Shown piece by piece: positions 38,450-48,395 of a DNA stretch of 64,000 bases (the stretch's first letter is position 1; each line of letters starts with the position of its first letter). Source of the DNA: Oscillospiraceae bacterium (lineage in GTDB: Bacteria; Bacillota; Clostridia; Oscillospirales; Oscillospiraceae). The translations under genes were made by a program, and so were the position numbers. The stretch is taken from positions 44,363 through 108,362 of the forward strand of contig SVKX01000001.1 of assembly GCA_015068225.1 (NCBI GenBank), written 5' to 3'. The notes beneath the pieces were generated by a model. It searched no databases. It had not been told where the DNA came from and saw only the letters and a list, made by a program, of their open reading frames with translations.

Positions 38450-39103
38450 ATGACAAAAATTCTATCTTTTCTCATGATCATCCTTCTGACAGGTATGATG
38501 CTTTCCGGCTGCAGAGGAAATACCCAGCCTACCGAGAGCAGCTCCACAGGAGGGACCACCCTGCCGTCTACCCAGACAACCCCTACCCAGACCACCCAGT
38601 CTACGGAAGGAACGCCTGCCGGTACGGCAACCACCCAGTCTGCCCAGATCCTGAATAGTATTTGGCAGACCTATGGGGAAAATGAGCGGTTTGCCGCCTA
38701 TGGCGGTGCCATTGAGAACTCTGTCACGGATGCTCCGGGGGATCTGGATATGCAAAACACCGAGGAGCTGACCACCCGTTACCTGCTGCCGGAAAGCAGC
38801 CTGCAGGAGGTCACAGAGGGCGCTTCCTTGGTGCATATGATGAACAGCAATATCTTTACCGGTGTGGTATTTAAGCTCTCTGAGGATGCGTCAGCAGAGG
38901 ATCTGGCAAAGGACTGGCGGGATGCCATTCAGGGAAACCAGTGGATCTGCGGCATGCCGGACAGATTGCTTTTGGCGGATGTGGACGGGCAGCACCTTTT
39001 GATGGTATTTGCCAGCAAGGATATTCTGACCACATTTCAGGATAAGCTTACCGGTCAATATCCCCAGGCCCGGATCCTGTATAACGAAGCTGTTGTCAGC
39101 TGA
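38450..39103 (+). CDS. Lipoprotein associated with the MBOAT/DHHW operon
   Basis: LSGC lipobox, Thr-rich linker, HMMN.N.FT and QWICG.P. First gene of the operon. Confidence 0.7.
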   Translation: MTKILSFLMIILLTGMMLSGCRGNTQPTESSSTGGTTLPSTQTTPTQTTQSTEGTPAGTATTQSAQILNSIWQTYGENERFAAYGGAIENSVTDAPGDLDMQNTEELTTRYLLPESSLQEVTEGASLVHMMNSNIFTGVVFKLSEDASAEDLAKDWRDAIQGNQWICGMPDRLLLADVDGQHLLMVFASKDILTTFQDKLTGQYPQARILYNEAVVS

Positions 39104-39149
39104 AGAAAGACCGGTTTTGTGTAAATCCCACCGTTTTTGAGGAGAGACT

Positions 39150-40538
39150 ATGCTTTTTTCAGGAATCCCATTTTTGTTTTACTTTCTGCCGGTGGTGGCG
39201 GTGGTCTATTTTTGCCTGCCCTGGCGGCTGAAAAATGGATGGTTGCTGCTTGCAAGCCTCTTTTTCTACGCCTGGGGAGAGCCCCGGTATGTGCTGCTGA
39301 TGGTGGCGGCTATTGCGCTGTTTTACGGCTACGGCATTGCCACGGAAAAATGCAGCCAAAAAGCAGGAAAACGGGCATGGCTGACTCTAGCGATCCTAAC
39401 CGGCGTGGCCATGCTGGGGGTATTTAAGTATGGAGATTTTGCGCTGGAAAACTGGAATCTGCTGACGGGGATGGGTGTGCCGCTTTTAAAGCTGGCGCTA
39501 CCCATCGGCATCAGTTTCTACACCTTTCAGTGCATGAGCTATGTGGCGGATGTATACTGGGGAAAGGTGCCGGCCCAGAGGAATATCATTTCCTTTGGCA
39601 CGTATGTTGCGCTGTTTCCCCAGCTGATCGCAGGGCCCATTGTCCGCTATGTGGATGTGGATCGGGCGCTGGAGAGCCGGAAAACTACATGGGAGGACCT
39701 TTCCGAGGGCATCTTTCTGTTTCTGACAGGACTGGGCAAAAAGGTACTTTTGGCGAACCCCCTTGGGGAGCTGACGGTAATTTTCCGGGATGCGGACGAA
39801 AAGTCTTTGCTGTTTTACTGGCTGTATGCCATTGCCTTTGCCCTGCACATCTATTTTGACTTCTCCGGTTACAGTGATATGGCTGTGGGGCTGGGGCGGA
39901 TCTTCGGCTTCCGCTTCCCCAGGAATTTTGACTATCCCTATATTTCCAGAAGCGTCACGGAGTTCTGGCGCCGGTGGCATATGACCCTGGGCGGCTGGTT
40001 TCGGGACTATGTCTATATCCCTCTGGGGGGCAATCGGGTCAGCCGGGGCAGATGGGTGCTGAATATTCTGACAGTGTGGATGCTTACAGGGCTTTGGCAC
40101 GGCGCTGCATGGAACTTCGTTTTATGGGGGCTTTTGTTTGCGGCGCTGCTACTTTTGGAAAAATGGCTGCCCCTTTTAAACCGCCTTCCCAATTTGCTGC
40201 GCCATGGCTATGTATTGCTGATAATCGTGGTCAGCTTTGTGATCTTTAACGCAGAAACCTTGGGGCAGGCAGGGGAGGACCTGATGGGAATGTTTGGCCT
40301 GCTGCCCGTTCCGCTGATCACCGTGGAGTCTGTATACTATCTGAAAAGCTTTGCGCTTCTTTTGATTGCGGGCTTTGTTGGAGCAACGCCGCTGGTGCGC
40401 AATGGGGCTGTATCACTCCAAAACCGCTGGGATGGCACATGGGCGCTTAGGATCGCAGCAGGTGGGGCGCTGCTTCTGCTGTGCACAGGTTATCTTGTGG
40501 ACGGCTCGTTTAATCCGTTCCTGTATTTCCGGTTTTAG
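39150..40538 (+). CDS. MBOAT O-acyltransferase (AlgI/PatA/DltB-like)
   Basis: LPIGISFYTFQ, FPQLIAGPIVRY, DFSGYSDMA, FWRRWH, LWHGA and NPFLYFRF. Confidence 0.92.
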   Translation: MLFSGIPFLFYFLPVVAVVYFCLPWRLKNGWLLLASLFFYAWGEPRYVLLMVAAIALFYGYGIATEKCSQKAGKRAWLTLAILTGVAMLGVFKYGDFALENWNLLTGMGVPLLKLALPIGISFYTFQCMSYVADVYWGKVPAQRNIISFGTYVALFPQLIAGPIVRYVDVDRALESRKTTWEDLSEGIFLFLTGLGKKVLLANPLGELTVIFRDADEKSLLFYWLYAIAFALHIYFDFSGYSDMAVGLGRIFGFRFPRNFDYPYISRSVTEFWRRWHMTLGGWFRDYVYIPLGGNRVSRGRWVLNILTVWMLTGLWHGAAWNFVLWGLLFAALLLLEKWLPLLNRLPNLLRHGYVLLIIVVSFVIFNAETLGQAGEDLMGMFGLLPVPLITVESVYYLKSFALLLIAGFVGATPLVRNGAVSLQNRWDGTWALRIAAGGALLLLCTGYLVDGSFNPFLYFRF

Positions 40539-40546
40539 GAGGGCAT

Positions 40547-41638
40547 ATGAAGAAATCGACAATGGTGGCGGCAGCCCTCTGCACCCTTTGGCTGGGATTG
40601 ACAGCGGTTGCTTGGCTGAGCCCTTCCAAGACCCATTCGGATACGGAGCGGCGGGAGCTGCAGCAGTTTCCTGAGCTTTCCGGTGAGTCGGTGCTAAGCG
40701 GAGAATTTATGGAGGGTTTTGAGAGCTTCACTCTGGATCAGTTTCCTCTAAGGGACAATTTCCGCACCCTGAAGGCACTGTTTCACTATAATCTTCTGGG
40801 CCAGCGGGATAACAATGGCATTTACCTTTCTCAAGGCCATGCGGCGCAGCTGGATTATCCCCTCAATGGAGCATCTTTGGATCATGCGCTGCAGGTCATA
40901 GGCAGGATCTATGAGCGATATTTGCAGGATTCCAGAGTTTTTCTTTCCATTGTGCCGGATAAGGGATACTATCTGGCAGAGCCCGAAGGCTACCCTGCCA
41001 TGGATTACGGTGCACTGTTTGAAAAAATGCAAAAGGGCATGCCCTATGCAAGTTATGTAAACCTTACGGATTGCCTGACTGCCAGCGATTATTATAAAAC
41101 GGATACCCATTGGCGGCAGGAAAAGCTGATTCCAGCGGCGCAGAGGCTTTGCGATGCCATGGGTGCTCCCGGTCCTATGCAGCAGGAATTGCGCCCTGTG
41201 GCGGCCCAGCGGCCTTTTTATGGGGTTTATTATGGGCAGGCGGCACTTCCTCTGGAGCCGGATACGCTGTACACCATGGAAAGTAACCTCCTTTCCCAGT
41301 GCCGCGTTTACAATTATGAAACCGGTAGCTACGGCAGTGTGTACGATCTTTCAAAGCTGGAGGGCAAGGATATGTACGAGGTGTTTCTGTCCGGTTCGGT
41401 GTCCTTGCTGACTATCGAGAATCCGCAGGCAACAACCGAGAGAGAGCTGATCATCTTCCGGGATTCCTTTGGAAGTTCTCTTGCGCCCTTGCTGGTGCAG
41501 GGATATAAATCGGTGACGTTGGTAGATGTCCGGTATATCTCCAGCCAAATGCTGGACCGGTTTCTGGATTTCCACGGGCAGGATGTGCTGTTCCTTTACA
41601 GCACATTGGTGCTGAATAATGCCTTTATGCTGAAATAA
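40547..41638 (+). CDS. DHHW-family (AlgJ/AlgX-like) O-acetyltransferase partner
   Basis: N-terminal TM, ERR.L..FP, DQFP.RD, YYKTDTHW and RDSFG. Confidence 0.82.
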   Translation: MKKSTMVAAALCTLWLGLTAVAWLSPSKTHSDTERRELQQFPELSGESVLSGEFMEGFESFTLDQFPLRDNFRTLKALFHYNLLGQRDNNGIYLSQGHAAQLDYPLNGASLDHALQVIGRIYERYLQDSRVFLSIVPDKGYYLAEPEGYPAMDYGALFEKMQKGMPYASYVNLTDCLTASDYYKTDTHWRQEKLIPAAQRLCDAMGAPGPMQQELRPVAAQRPFYGVYYGQAALPLEPDTLYTMESNLLSQCRVYNYETGSYGSVYDLSKLEGKDMYEVFLSGSVSLLTIENPQATTERELIIFRDSFGSSLAPLLVQGYKSVTLVDVRYISSQMLDRFLDFHGQDVLFLYSTLVLNNAFMLK

Positions 41639-41667
41639 AAGCAGCCACCTTCAGGTGGCTGCTTTTT
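41637..41667. terminator. Bidirectional terminator
   Basis: AAAAGCAGCCACC-TTCA-GGTGGCTGCTTTTT. Confidence 0.8.
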
Positions 41668-41671
41668 CCTA

Positions 41672-43057
41672 TCAGGATTTTGTAAGATTCTGGATCCAGC
41701 TGCCTTTGCGGATCATAAATCCGCCGATGACACACTTGATCAGATCCACTGACTGACAGATTATATAAAGGGGCAGTATGGATATGGGAGAAAACCGGCT
41801 CAGGCAGAAGGCCAGTGGCACGCATACCGACCAGACAAAGCAGCTGTCGAACAGGAAGGTGACCAGCGTCTGACCGCCGGATCGCAGGGTAAAGTAGGCG
41901 GCATTGATAAAGGAATTGAAGGGCATAAAAAAGGCGCAAATGCAGATCAGCTGCATTGCCAGCAGCCGGACAGAGTCGCTTGTATTATACAGCAGGGGGA
42001 AGAGTCCGGAAACGGCAGCCATCACACCGCCAAAAATCGCACCTGCATAGACGCTGATAAGAATCAGCTTCCGGTTGCTGCTGCGTATCTCCTCTTCCGG
42101 CTTTCCGGCACCCAGCATCTGTCCCATGAGAATTCCCACTGCGTTGCCCATAGAGATAAAGGCCACACTGCTTAAGTTGTACAAGGTGGTGGAGATGTTC
42201 ATGGCAGGCACTACATCCAGACTGCAGGTGGAGTAACACTGGCTCAAAAATGCCATACCGCTGGCCCATAAGAACTCATTGGCAAGCAATGGCATGCCCT
42301 TGCGGAAAATGCTGAAAAGCAAGGTCTTGGGAATGTGGATAGAGCGATATGCACCGCGAATAAAGGGATGGAGCTTTCCGTGCAGATGGGTCCATCCGCC
42401 CACGAATACAAGCTCAACATACCGGGAAATCACAGTGGCCAGCGCAGCGCCCCGAACGCCCATGGCCGGCGCGCCCAAATGGCCGAAAATCAGCACATAG
42501 TTCAATATTAGATTGACAAACACCGCCAGAATGCCGCCCGCCATAGGCACAGTGGTCTGTCCGGTTTCCCGCAGAGTGCTGGCATAGGCGTTGCTCAAAG
42601 CAAAGGGCACAAGGCCCCAGAGCATAACTTCCAGATATTCATGTCCAAATCTAAGTATTTCGGCTGCGTCCTGAGGATTGCCCTCACCCTGAAGGTACAG
42701 ACCGGTCAGCCCGTTGCCACCCAGCGCAAATAGAGCGATGCCACCCAGAGACAGCAGCAGGCAGGACAGAACCTTGAACCGGAAGGTGTGGCGGATGCCG
42801 GCATGGTCCTGTGAGCCGTGAAACTGGGCGGTGAAAATGCCCGCACCGGAGCTGGCACCAAAAATGCACAGGTTGAATACAAACATCAGCTGGTTAATGA
42901 TGGAAACGCCACTCATCTGCAGAGTGCCCACCTGTCCGACCATGATATTGTCCAGCAGGGAGACGAAGTTCGTAATGCCGTTCTGGATAATTATGGGGAT
43001 GGCAATGGCCGTGACCTGCCGGTAGAAGGTCCGGTTGCCGATATGTTGTCTGCTCAT
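41672..43057 (-). CDS. MATE family efflux transporter
   Basis: AIPIIIQN..LDNIMVGQ, LIFGHLG.P.MGV.GAALAT and ~12 TM segments. Confidence 0.9.
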   Translation of the reverse strand: MSRQHIGNRTFYRQVTAIAIPIIIQNGITNFVSLLDNIMVGQVGTLQMSGVSIINQLMFVFNLCIFGASSGAGIFTAQFHGSQDHAGIRHTFRFKVLSCLLLSLGGIALFALGGNGLTGLYLQGEGNPQDAAEILRFGHEYLEVMLWGLVPFALSNAYASTLRETGQTTVPMAGGILAVFVNLILNYVLIFGHLGAPAMGVRGAALATVISRYVELVFVGGWTHLHGKLHPFIRGAYRSIHIPKTLLFSIFRKGMPLLANEFLWASGMAFLSQCYSTCSLDVVPAMNISTTLYNLSSVAFISMGNAVGILMGQMLGAGKPEEEIRSSNRKLILISVYAGAIFGGVMAAVSGLFPLLYNTSDSVRLLAMQLICICAFFMPFNSFINAAYFTLRSGGQTLVTFLFDSCFVWSVCVPLAFCLSRFSPISILPLYIICQSVDLIKCVIGGFMIRKGSWIQNLTKS

Positions 43058-43130
43058 AAAAACCTCGGTTAATATGGAAAATGCAGGGCGGAGACCGCCC
43101 TGCACCAGTATATCACGAAAGGGGAAAATG

Positions 43131-44258
43131 TCAAATCTCTTTGCCGCCCACAAAGACCCGTCTTCCGGTGTAATCACTGCGGCAAACGATGAAGTCTGCC
43201 AGCTTACCGGGGGCAATGGAGCCAACCTGATCCTGAACACCCAGAGAGCAGGCGGGGTTGAAGGTGGAAGCGCGGACAGCGTCTTCTTCCGGAATGCCGA
43301 AGAGGATGGCATTTTTCATGCAGTCATACAGGTTAGTGGCAGAGCCTGCCAGAGTACCGTCAGCCAGCTTGGCAACACCGCCGGCAAGGAACACCGGCTG
43401 GCCACCCAGCTCATACTCGCCGTCAGGCATACCGCAGCAGCGCAGGGCATCGGACACCAGGATCATCCGCTCACCGCCGAAGATAGAGAAGGCCAGACGG
43501 ACAGAAGCAGGATGGATGTGCATGCCGTCGCAGATCAGCTCGGCCCGGACATGGGGATTCTCTGCTGCAGCAGGAATCACACCGGGGTTGCGGTGGTGGA
43601 TGCCGGGCATGGCATTGTACAGGTGGGTCAGGTGAGTGGCGCCGTTTTCAAATGCCTGCTTTGCGTGGTCATAGTCAGAATCGGTGTGAGCCACGGAAAC
43701 AGTGCAAAAATCCTTGGCCTTTGCCACAAACTCGATAGCGCCGGGCAGCTCGGGAGCTACGTCCACGATGCGAACCAGACCGCCGCAGCCCTCGTACAGG
43801 GCCTTAAAGCCGTCAAAATCGGGGGTTTTCAGGTACTCGCCGTTCTGTGCGCCCTTTTTCTTCATGGAGAAGTAAGGGCCTTCCATCTGGATACCCATAA
43901 GGCGGGAATGCCCCTCGGGTGCTTCATCTGCCAGCGTGCGGGCGGTAGCAAAAGCCTTTTCCAGCACATCATAAGGAAGGGTCATAGAGGCGGGAGCGAA
44001 AGAGGTGATGCCGTTTTCGGCCAGATACTTGGCCATCTTCTTCAGACCCGCATAATCACCGTCGGAAAAGTCAGCGCCGGAGTTGCCGTGGTTATGTACA
44101 TCGATCAGGCCGGGGATCACAGTGGCGCCCTGCAGGTCCACAGCATCCTCCGGAACATTCTGGGGAAGAACGGCACCAAACTTTCCGTCCTTTACCTCAA
44201 AAGCACCGGTGTGGAACTGGAAATCAGAGCAAAAGATTCTGGCGTTTTTATAGAACAT
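43131..44258 (-). CDS. nagA: N-acetylglucosamine-6-phosphate deacetylase
   Basis: PGLIDVHNHG, MEGPY, THLYNAM, DG.HIHP and GTLAGS. Confidence 0.9.
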   Translation of the reverse strand: MFYKNARIFCSDFQFHTGAFEVKDGKFGAVLPQNVPEDAVDLQGATVIPGLIDVHNHGNSGADFSDGDYAGLKKMAKYLAENGITSFAPASMTLPYDVLEKAFATARTLADEAPEGHSRLMGIQMEGPYFSMKKKGAQNGEYLKTPDFDGFKALYEGCGGLVRIVDVAPELPGAIEFVAKAKDFCTVSVAHTDSDYDHAKQAFENGATHLTHLYNAMPGIHHRNPGVIPAAAENPHVRAELICDGMHIHPASVRLAFSIFGGERMILVSDALRCCGMPDGEYELGGQPVFLAGGVAKLADGTLAGSATNLYDCMKNAILFGIPEEDAVRASTFNPACSLGVQDQVGSIAPGKLADFIVCRSDYTGRRVFVGGKEI

Positions 44259-44315
44259 AAAAATCTCTCCTTTTATAGACAGAGGCAGCCCTTGCGGTGC
44301 TGCCTCCGGTTTGAT

Positions 44316-45698
44316 TTATTTGCGGATCTCGGGCAGGCTGGCAGCAGCAGCACTCTGACCCACGCGGCGGGTCTTCTCGTCGGGGAGCATGACTTCCACC
44401 TTTTCGTACAGAGCGGGATACTCATCCTTCAAAACGGCGCGGCAGTTCTCCAGAATCAGATCGCCGCCCTTGCCGGACATAACGCGGCCCAGCAGCATCA
44501 GGTGGCGGATGTCATAGAACTCGGAGTACAGCACCACGGTGTAGCCCAGATACTTACCAATGTCGGCATAGATCTTGGCGGCGCGGGGATCGTCCTTTTC
44601 CATCAGGGCCTGAACGACCTTCAGCTTTTCAGCGGGGGTCAGGCTCTCGTCCAGCTCAATACCGGCACGGGGTGCCAGCTTGATGACGGCATCCTGAGAG
44701 AAGTACTTGCAGCCCACACCGAAGTCGGTGGACCACTCGTCCTGCATGGCTTCCTCGCTCAGATCAACGGGAGCAAAAGCCAGCTCGGAGATCCAGCCCA
44801 GAACGTTCTTATCCTTGTCAACATAGCCCACAGCTTCGCTGGTGCCCATGGCCAGACCCATGATAGAGCCGCAGCCCATGCCCATAGCGCCAGCCAGAGC
44901 GGAAACGTCACCGTCGTTGGCAACGACGATGGGCACATCACCGATCTCGGCGGCAGCCCGGTCAAATACGGTCTTGACCTCGTCCCAACGCTCTCTGGGA
45001 ACGCAGTAGAAAATGCTGGAGATCATAGGAGCATTGCCGATAAACACGCCAGCGGAGGAAACGCCGATGCCATCCACCCGGGGCATCTTGGATGCGGCGG
45101 TGCGGAAGGAATCCAGAATGCCTTCATACTGATATGTAGGATCGGGGTTCTTCTTGGGATGCCAGACGACTTCCTCGGAGTAGACGCACTCGCCGTCGAT
45201 CACTGCGGAGACCTTGCGGTCAGATCCGCCGGCATCAAAGCCGATGCGGCAGCCGTCAGTATGGCCGCCAATGGGACGGGGAGTCTCGTTGGAAGCGGGG
45301 CACTGATCCAGAGGCAGATCAATGATCTCCAGTTCCCGCTCGTAGAGCTTCTGGAAGAAATCGTAGTCGAAAGCCCGCTCGCCGTCGGCTGCATAAGCCT
45401 TCTGCAGGCGCTGAGCCAGCTCGGAGCAGCCGCAGATATATACGCGGAAGCCACCGATGGACCACAGCAGGAACTTGACATAGCGCTCTACATAGCGGTA
45501 GTCTGCCTCCTGCATTTCAGCAGTGCCGTGGATAAAGGTGTTGCGTACAGAAATGCTGCCCTTTTCCCTCTCTACGGCGATGGCCAGAGGCTTGCTGGCA
45601 CCCTGGCGGTAGGCATTTGCCCAGACACCGAAGGGGATAAAGCCGGGATCCAACTCAGGGATATTGCGAATGCTGTAATTTACGCCCAAATACTGCAT
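44316..45698 (-). CDS. ROK family protein with N-terminal extension (probable sugar kinase)
   Basis: GFDAGGSD, GIGVSSAG, VANDGD and AMGTS..VG. No CxC..GC Zn motif. Confidence 0.75.
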   Translation of the reverse strand: MQYLGVNYSIRNIPELDPGFIPFGVWANAYRQGASKPLAIAVEREKGSISVRNTFIHGTAEMQEADYRYVERYVKFLLWSIGGFRVYICGCSELAQRLQKAYAADGERAFDYDFFQKLYERELEIIDLPLDQCPASNETPRPIGGHTDGCRIGFDAGGSDRKVSAVIDGECVYSEEVVWHPKKNPDPTYQYEGILDSFRTAASKMPRVDGIGVSSAGVFIGNAPMISSIFYCVPRERWDEVKTVFDRAAAEIGDVPIVVANDGDVSALAGAMGMGCGSIMGLAMGTSEAVGYVDKDKNVLGWISELAFAPVDLSEEAMQDEWSTDFGVGCKYFSQDAVIKLAPRAGIELDESLTPAEKLKVVQALMEKDDPRAAKIYADIGKYLGYTVVLYSEFYDIRHLMLLGRVMSGKGGDLILENCRAVLKDEYPALYEKVEVMLPDEKTRRVGQSAAAASLPEIRK

Positions 45699-45712
45699 AG
45701 TTTATTTCCTCC

Positions 45713-46792
45713 TTATTTTTCACGCACCTGGCTGGAAACCTGTGCCACGATGCGGTTCATTTCTTCCATTTTTTCCTGCATATCCGCTACCAGCCGGATC
45801 TGAGTCCTTGCCCGCACCAGATTGTGTTCCGGATACTGGGTCTTAAAATACAGGTCGCCGTCCAGATAGTCCTTCAAAAAGCGGGTGGCCAGCTCCAGCG
45901 TCATCACAATGGCGCCCATGGGCAGCATGGCGATCTCCCGTTGGGTCAAAGAGGTGGCAGCCTCCAGATAGCCTCGGGTATAAACCTCAAACAGGTGCAG
46001 GTCCAGCGCCATTTTGGATGTGTCCTGCTCATCCTCGGCGGCAGTGGCTGCGCCGAACCGGATGGAATCGCCAAAGTCATACAGGCTCAGACCGGGCATG
46101 ACCGTATCCAGATCCAGAACACACAGAGACTTTCTGGTGATCCGGTCCAGAAGCACATTGTTCAGCTTGGTATCATTGTGGGTCACCCGCAGGGGCAGCA
46201 GGTTTTCCTCCCGCATTTTCTGCAGTGTAGCACCCAGTTCCTCCCGCTCCAGAAGAAAATCAATTTCTTCCTGCACACCGGCAGCTCTTCCCAGAGGATC
46301 GGCAGCTACGGATTCCTTGAACTGGCGATAGCGGTCGATGGTGTTGTGGAATTCCGGAATGGTCTCATAAAGGGTTTCGGCAGGGAAATCAGCCAAAAGC
46401 TGCTGAAATCTGCCGAAAGCCAGGGCACTTTGGTAAAAATCCTCGTCGGATTCCGGTGTGTCCAGACAGAAGCCGCCAACAAAATCGTATGCCCGCCAAT
46501 ATTCCCCGTTTTCGTCTACATGGTAGTATTTGTCGTCATAGGTGGAGATGTAGTGGAGAGCCAGACGGGGGTCATCCACCTTCCTGCGCAGAAAATCAGT
46601 GACGGAGCCAACATTGGCCATCAGCCGCACCGGGTCATGAAATACATAGGTGTTGATCTTCTGCAGGATATACTCGCTGCCCGTATCTGTGGTCAGCTTC
46701 AGGGTGTGGTTGATATGTCCGTGACCAAAGACCTCACACGCTATGGGGTTGCCGTCCAGCCGAAAGGCATAGGCCGACTTTTCGATTTGCAC
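45713..46792 (-). CDS. Phosphotransferase (APH fold), N-acetylhexosamine 1-kinase (NahK/LnpB)-like
   Basis: G.GHIN.T, LQKIN..VF, IPEFHNT, RVTHNDTKLNN, DLDTVMPG, DFGDSIR and YF...HNLVRA. Confidence 0.8.
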   Translation of the reverse strand: MQIEKSAYAFRLDGNPIACEVFGHGHINHTLKLTTDTGSEYILQKINTYVFHDPVRLMANVGSVTDFLRRKVDDPRLALHYISTYDDKYYHVDENGEYWRAYDFVGGFCLDTPESDEDFYQSALAFGRFQQLLADFPAETLYETIPEFHNTIDRYRQFKESVAADPLGRAAGVQEEIDFLLEREELGATLQKMREENLLPLRVTHNDTKLNNVLLDRITRKSLCVLDLDTVMPGLSLYDFGDSIRFGAATAAEDEQDTSKMALDLHLFEVYTRGYLEAATSLTQREIAMLPMGAIVMTLELATRFLKDYLDGDLYFKTQYPEHNLVRARTQIRLVADMQEKMEEMNRIVAQVSSQVREK

Positions 46793-46964
46793 AGAGGTTC
46801 ACCTCATTTTCAGGATTTTCGCATGACAAGGGAGCATTGCGCACCCCTACACCATAAATTTTACCATGACAGGGGATAAAAAGCAATCGATATATTTTAC
46901 AGGAACAGCGCGCGATTGTATGAAAAAAACTCCACAGGCAAAGCTGCCTGTGGAGCATAAAAAA

Positions 46965-48395
46965 TCAGCACTTGTCCATAAGCCGGATGTAGAATTCTAC
47001 AGCCTTACAGGCGGTCTCCAGACGGATGCGCTCATTGTTTCCGTGGATGGAAGCCCGCTCCTGTGCGGTCAGATCCATGGCGGAAAAACGGTAGACATGG
47101 TCGGAAAGATCCCGGTAGTGGCGGGAGTCAGAGCACTGGACCATCAGGTAGGGGCTGACGATGCAGCCGGGCCAGGTCTGAGCCACTGCCGCGGCCACAG
47201 TGTCCCATGCGCTGCAGCCGGTCTGCGAAACCGGACTGGGCTCACAGGATTCCAGAGCCGTGATCTGGACATTGTCATCCTTTACTGTCTTGCGAAGATA
47301 TGCAAGGGCGGAATCCACACTGTCTGCAGGATTCAGCCGGATGTTGGATACCATGGATGCTTCCGTTGATATCACATTACGGGCGGGGCTGCCCTCCATC
47401 TGGGTAAAAGCAACGGTGGTGCGCAGCAGCGCGTTGATCTCGCCGCCGGAGAGCCGGCCCAGCAGATCCAGCACCCAGCCAAAGCACCAGAGGTTGGCAA
47501 AGATCATCCGGTAAAGGAAGGTGGAGTGCCGCCCCAAAGTGTCGAACATCTCCGCAGCAGGCTTGGTCAGCCGCATTTTGAAGGGATGATCCTCCACCCG
47601 GCAGCAGGCCTTTGATAGAATTCCCACAGGGGTGTGGGGCTTGGGGGCAGAGGCGTGGCCGCCGGAAGACTTCGTGCGGTAGCATACATTGATCATGCCC
47701 TTTTCCGCAATGCCGATGAGACCGCAGGGGGCTTTCACACCGGGGAATACATTTTCCACAACCGCGCCGCCTTCGTCTACTACCATGGCAGGCTCAATGC
47801 CCTTTTCCATAAAGTAATTTACGATGTTGACAGCACCTTTTCCGTTGACCTCTTCGCCGCCGGAGAAGGCAAAGTAGATATCATGCTCCGGCTGAAAGCC
47901 TTTGCCGATGAGATGGTTGGCGGCGGTCAGCACGCCGTTAAAGGTGACCTTGGTATCCAGTGTGCCCCGACCCCAAAGCACGTCGTCCTCAATAATGGCG
48001 GCGAAGGGGGGCTTTTCCCAGTTTGCCTCATCCACGGGCACCACATCGTAGTGGGCCATCATCACAGCCGGATCACTGGCATTTTTGCCCGGCCAGCGGA
48101 AAAGAAGCGCCCGATCCGGCAGCCGGTCAAAGCTGCAGACGGAGAACACATTGGGATACAGTTCAGGCAGCAGGGCGATCAGCTTCTCAAATTCAGCCTC
48201 GTCCTCCATGGCAGGGTCATTGTAGGAAATGGTCTTGCATTTGACAAGCTCTGCCAGATTGCGCACAGCCCCGTCCCGGTCAAATTCTACCGGATCGCAG
48301 GCTTCAACTGGCTGGGCCTTGGGCTTAAAAAGCAGTGTCCGAATCAGAACCACAGCGAGAAAGACGCCCACGAGACCAAGAATACAGTAAAGCAT
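46965..48395 (-). CDS. M20 family metallo-amidohydrolase with N-terminal membrane anchor (CPS1/PM20D1-like)
   Basis: AHYDVVP, WGRGTLD.K, GEE..G, DEGG, GGHAS.P and IHG.NERI. Confidence 0.85.
   Translation of the reverse strand: MLYCILGLVGVFLAVVLIRTLLFKPKAQPVEACDPVEFDRDGAVRNLAELVKCKTISYNDPAMEDEAEFEKLIALLPELYPNVFSVCSFDRLPDRALLFRWPGKNASDPAVMMAHYDVVPVDEANWEKPPFAAIIEDDVLWGRGTLDTKVTFNGVLTAANHLIGKGFQPEHDIYFAFSGGEEVNGKGAVNIVNYFMEKGIEPAMVVDEGGAVVENVFPGVKAPCGLIGIAEKGMINVCYRTKSSGGHASAPKPHTPVGILSKACCRVEDHPFKMRLTKPAAEMFDTLGRHSTFLYRMIFANLWCFGWVLDLLGRLSGGEINALLRTTVAFTQMEGSPARNVISTEASMVSNIRLNPADSVDSALAYLRKTVKDDNVQITALESCEPSPVSQTGCSAWDTVAAAVAQTWPGCIVSPYLMVQCSDSRHYRDLSDHVYRFSAMDLTAQERASIHGNNERIRLETACKAVEFYIRLMDKC

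Noticed and set aside
43035-45803. 922-aa plus-strand ORF
   Set aside because: Antisense shadow of nagA and the ROK gene caused by codon bias. No RBS or recognisable motifs.
45713-46792. Aminoglycoside resistance kinase
   Set aside because: Motifs and the ROK/nagA context fit the NahK-like sugar kinase subgroup.
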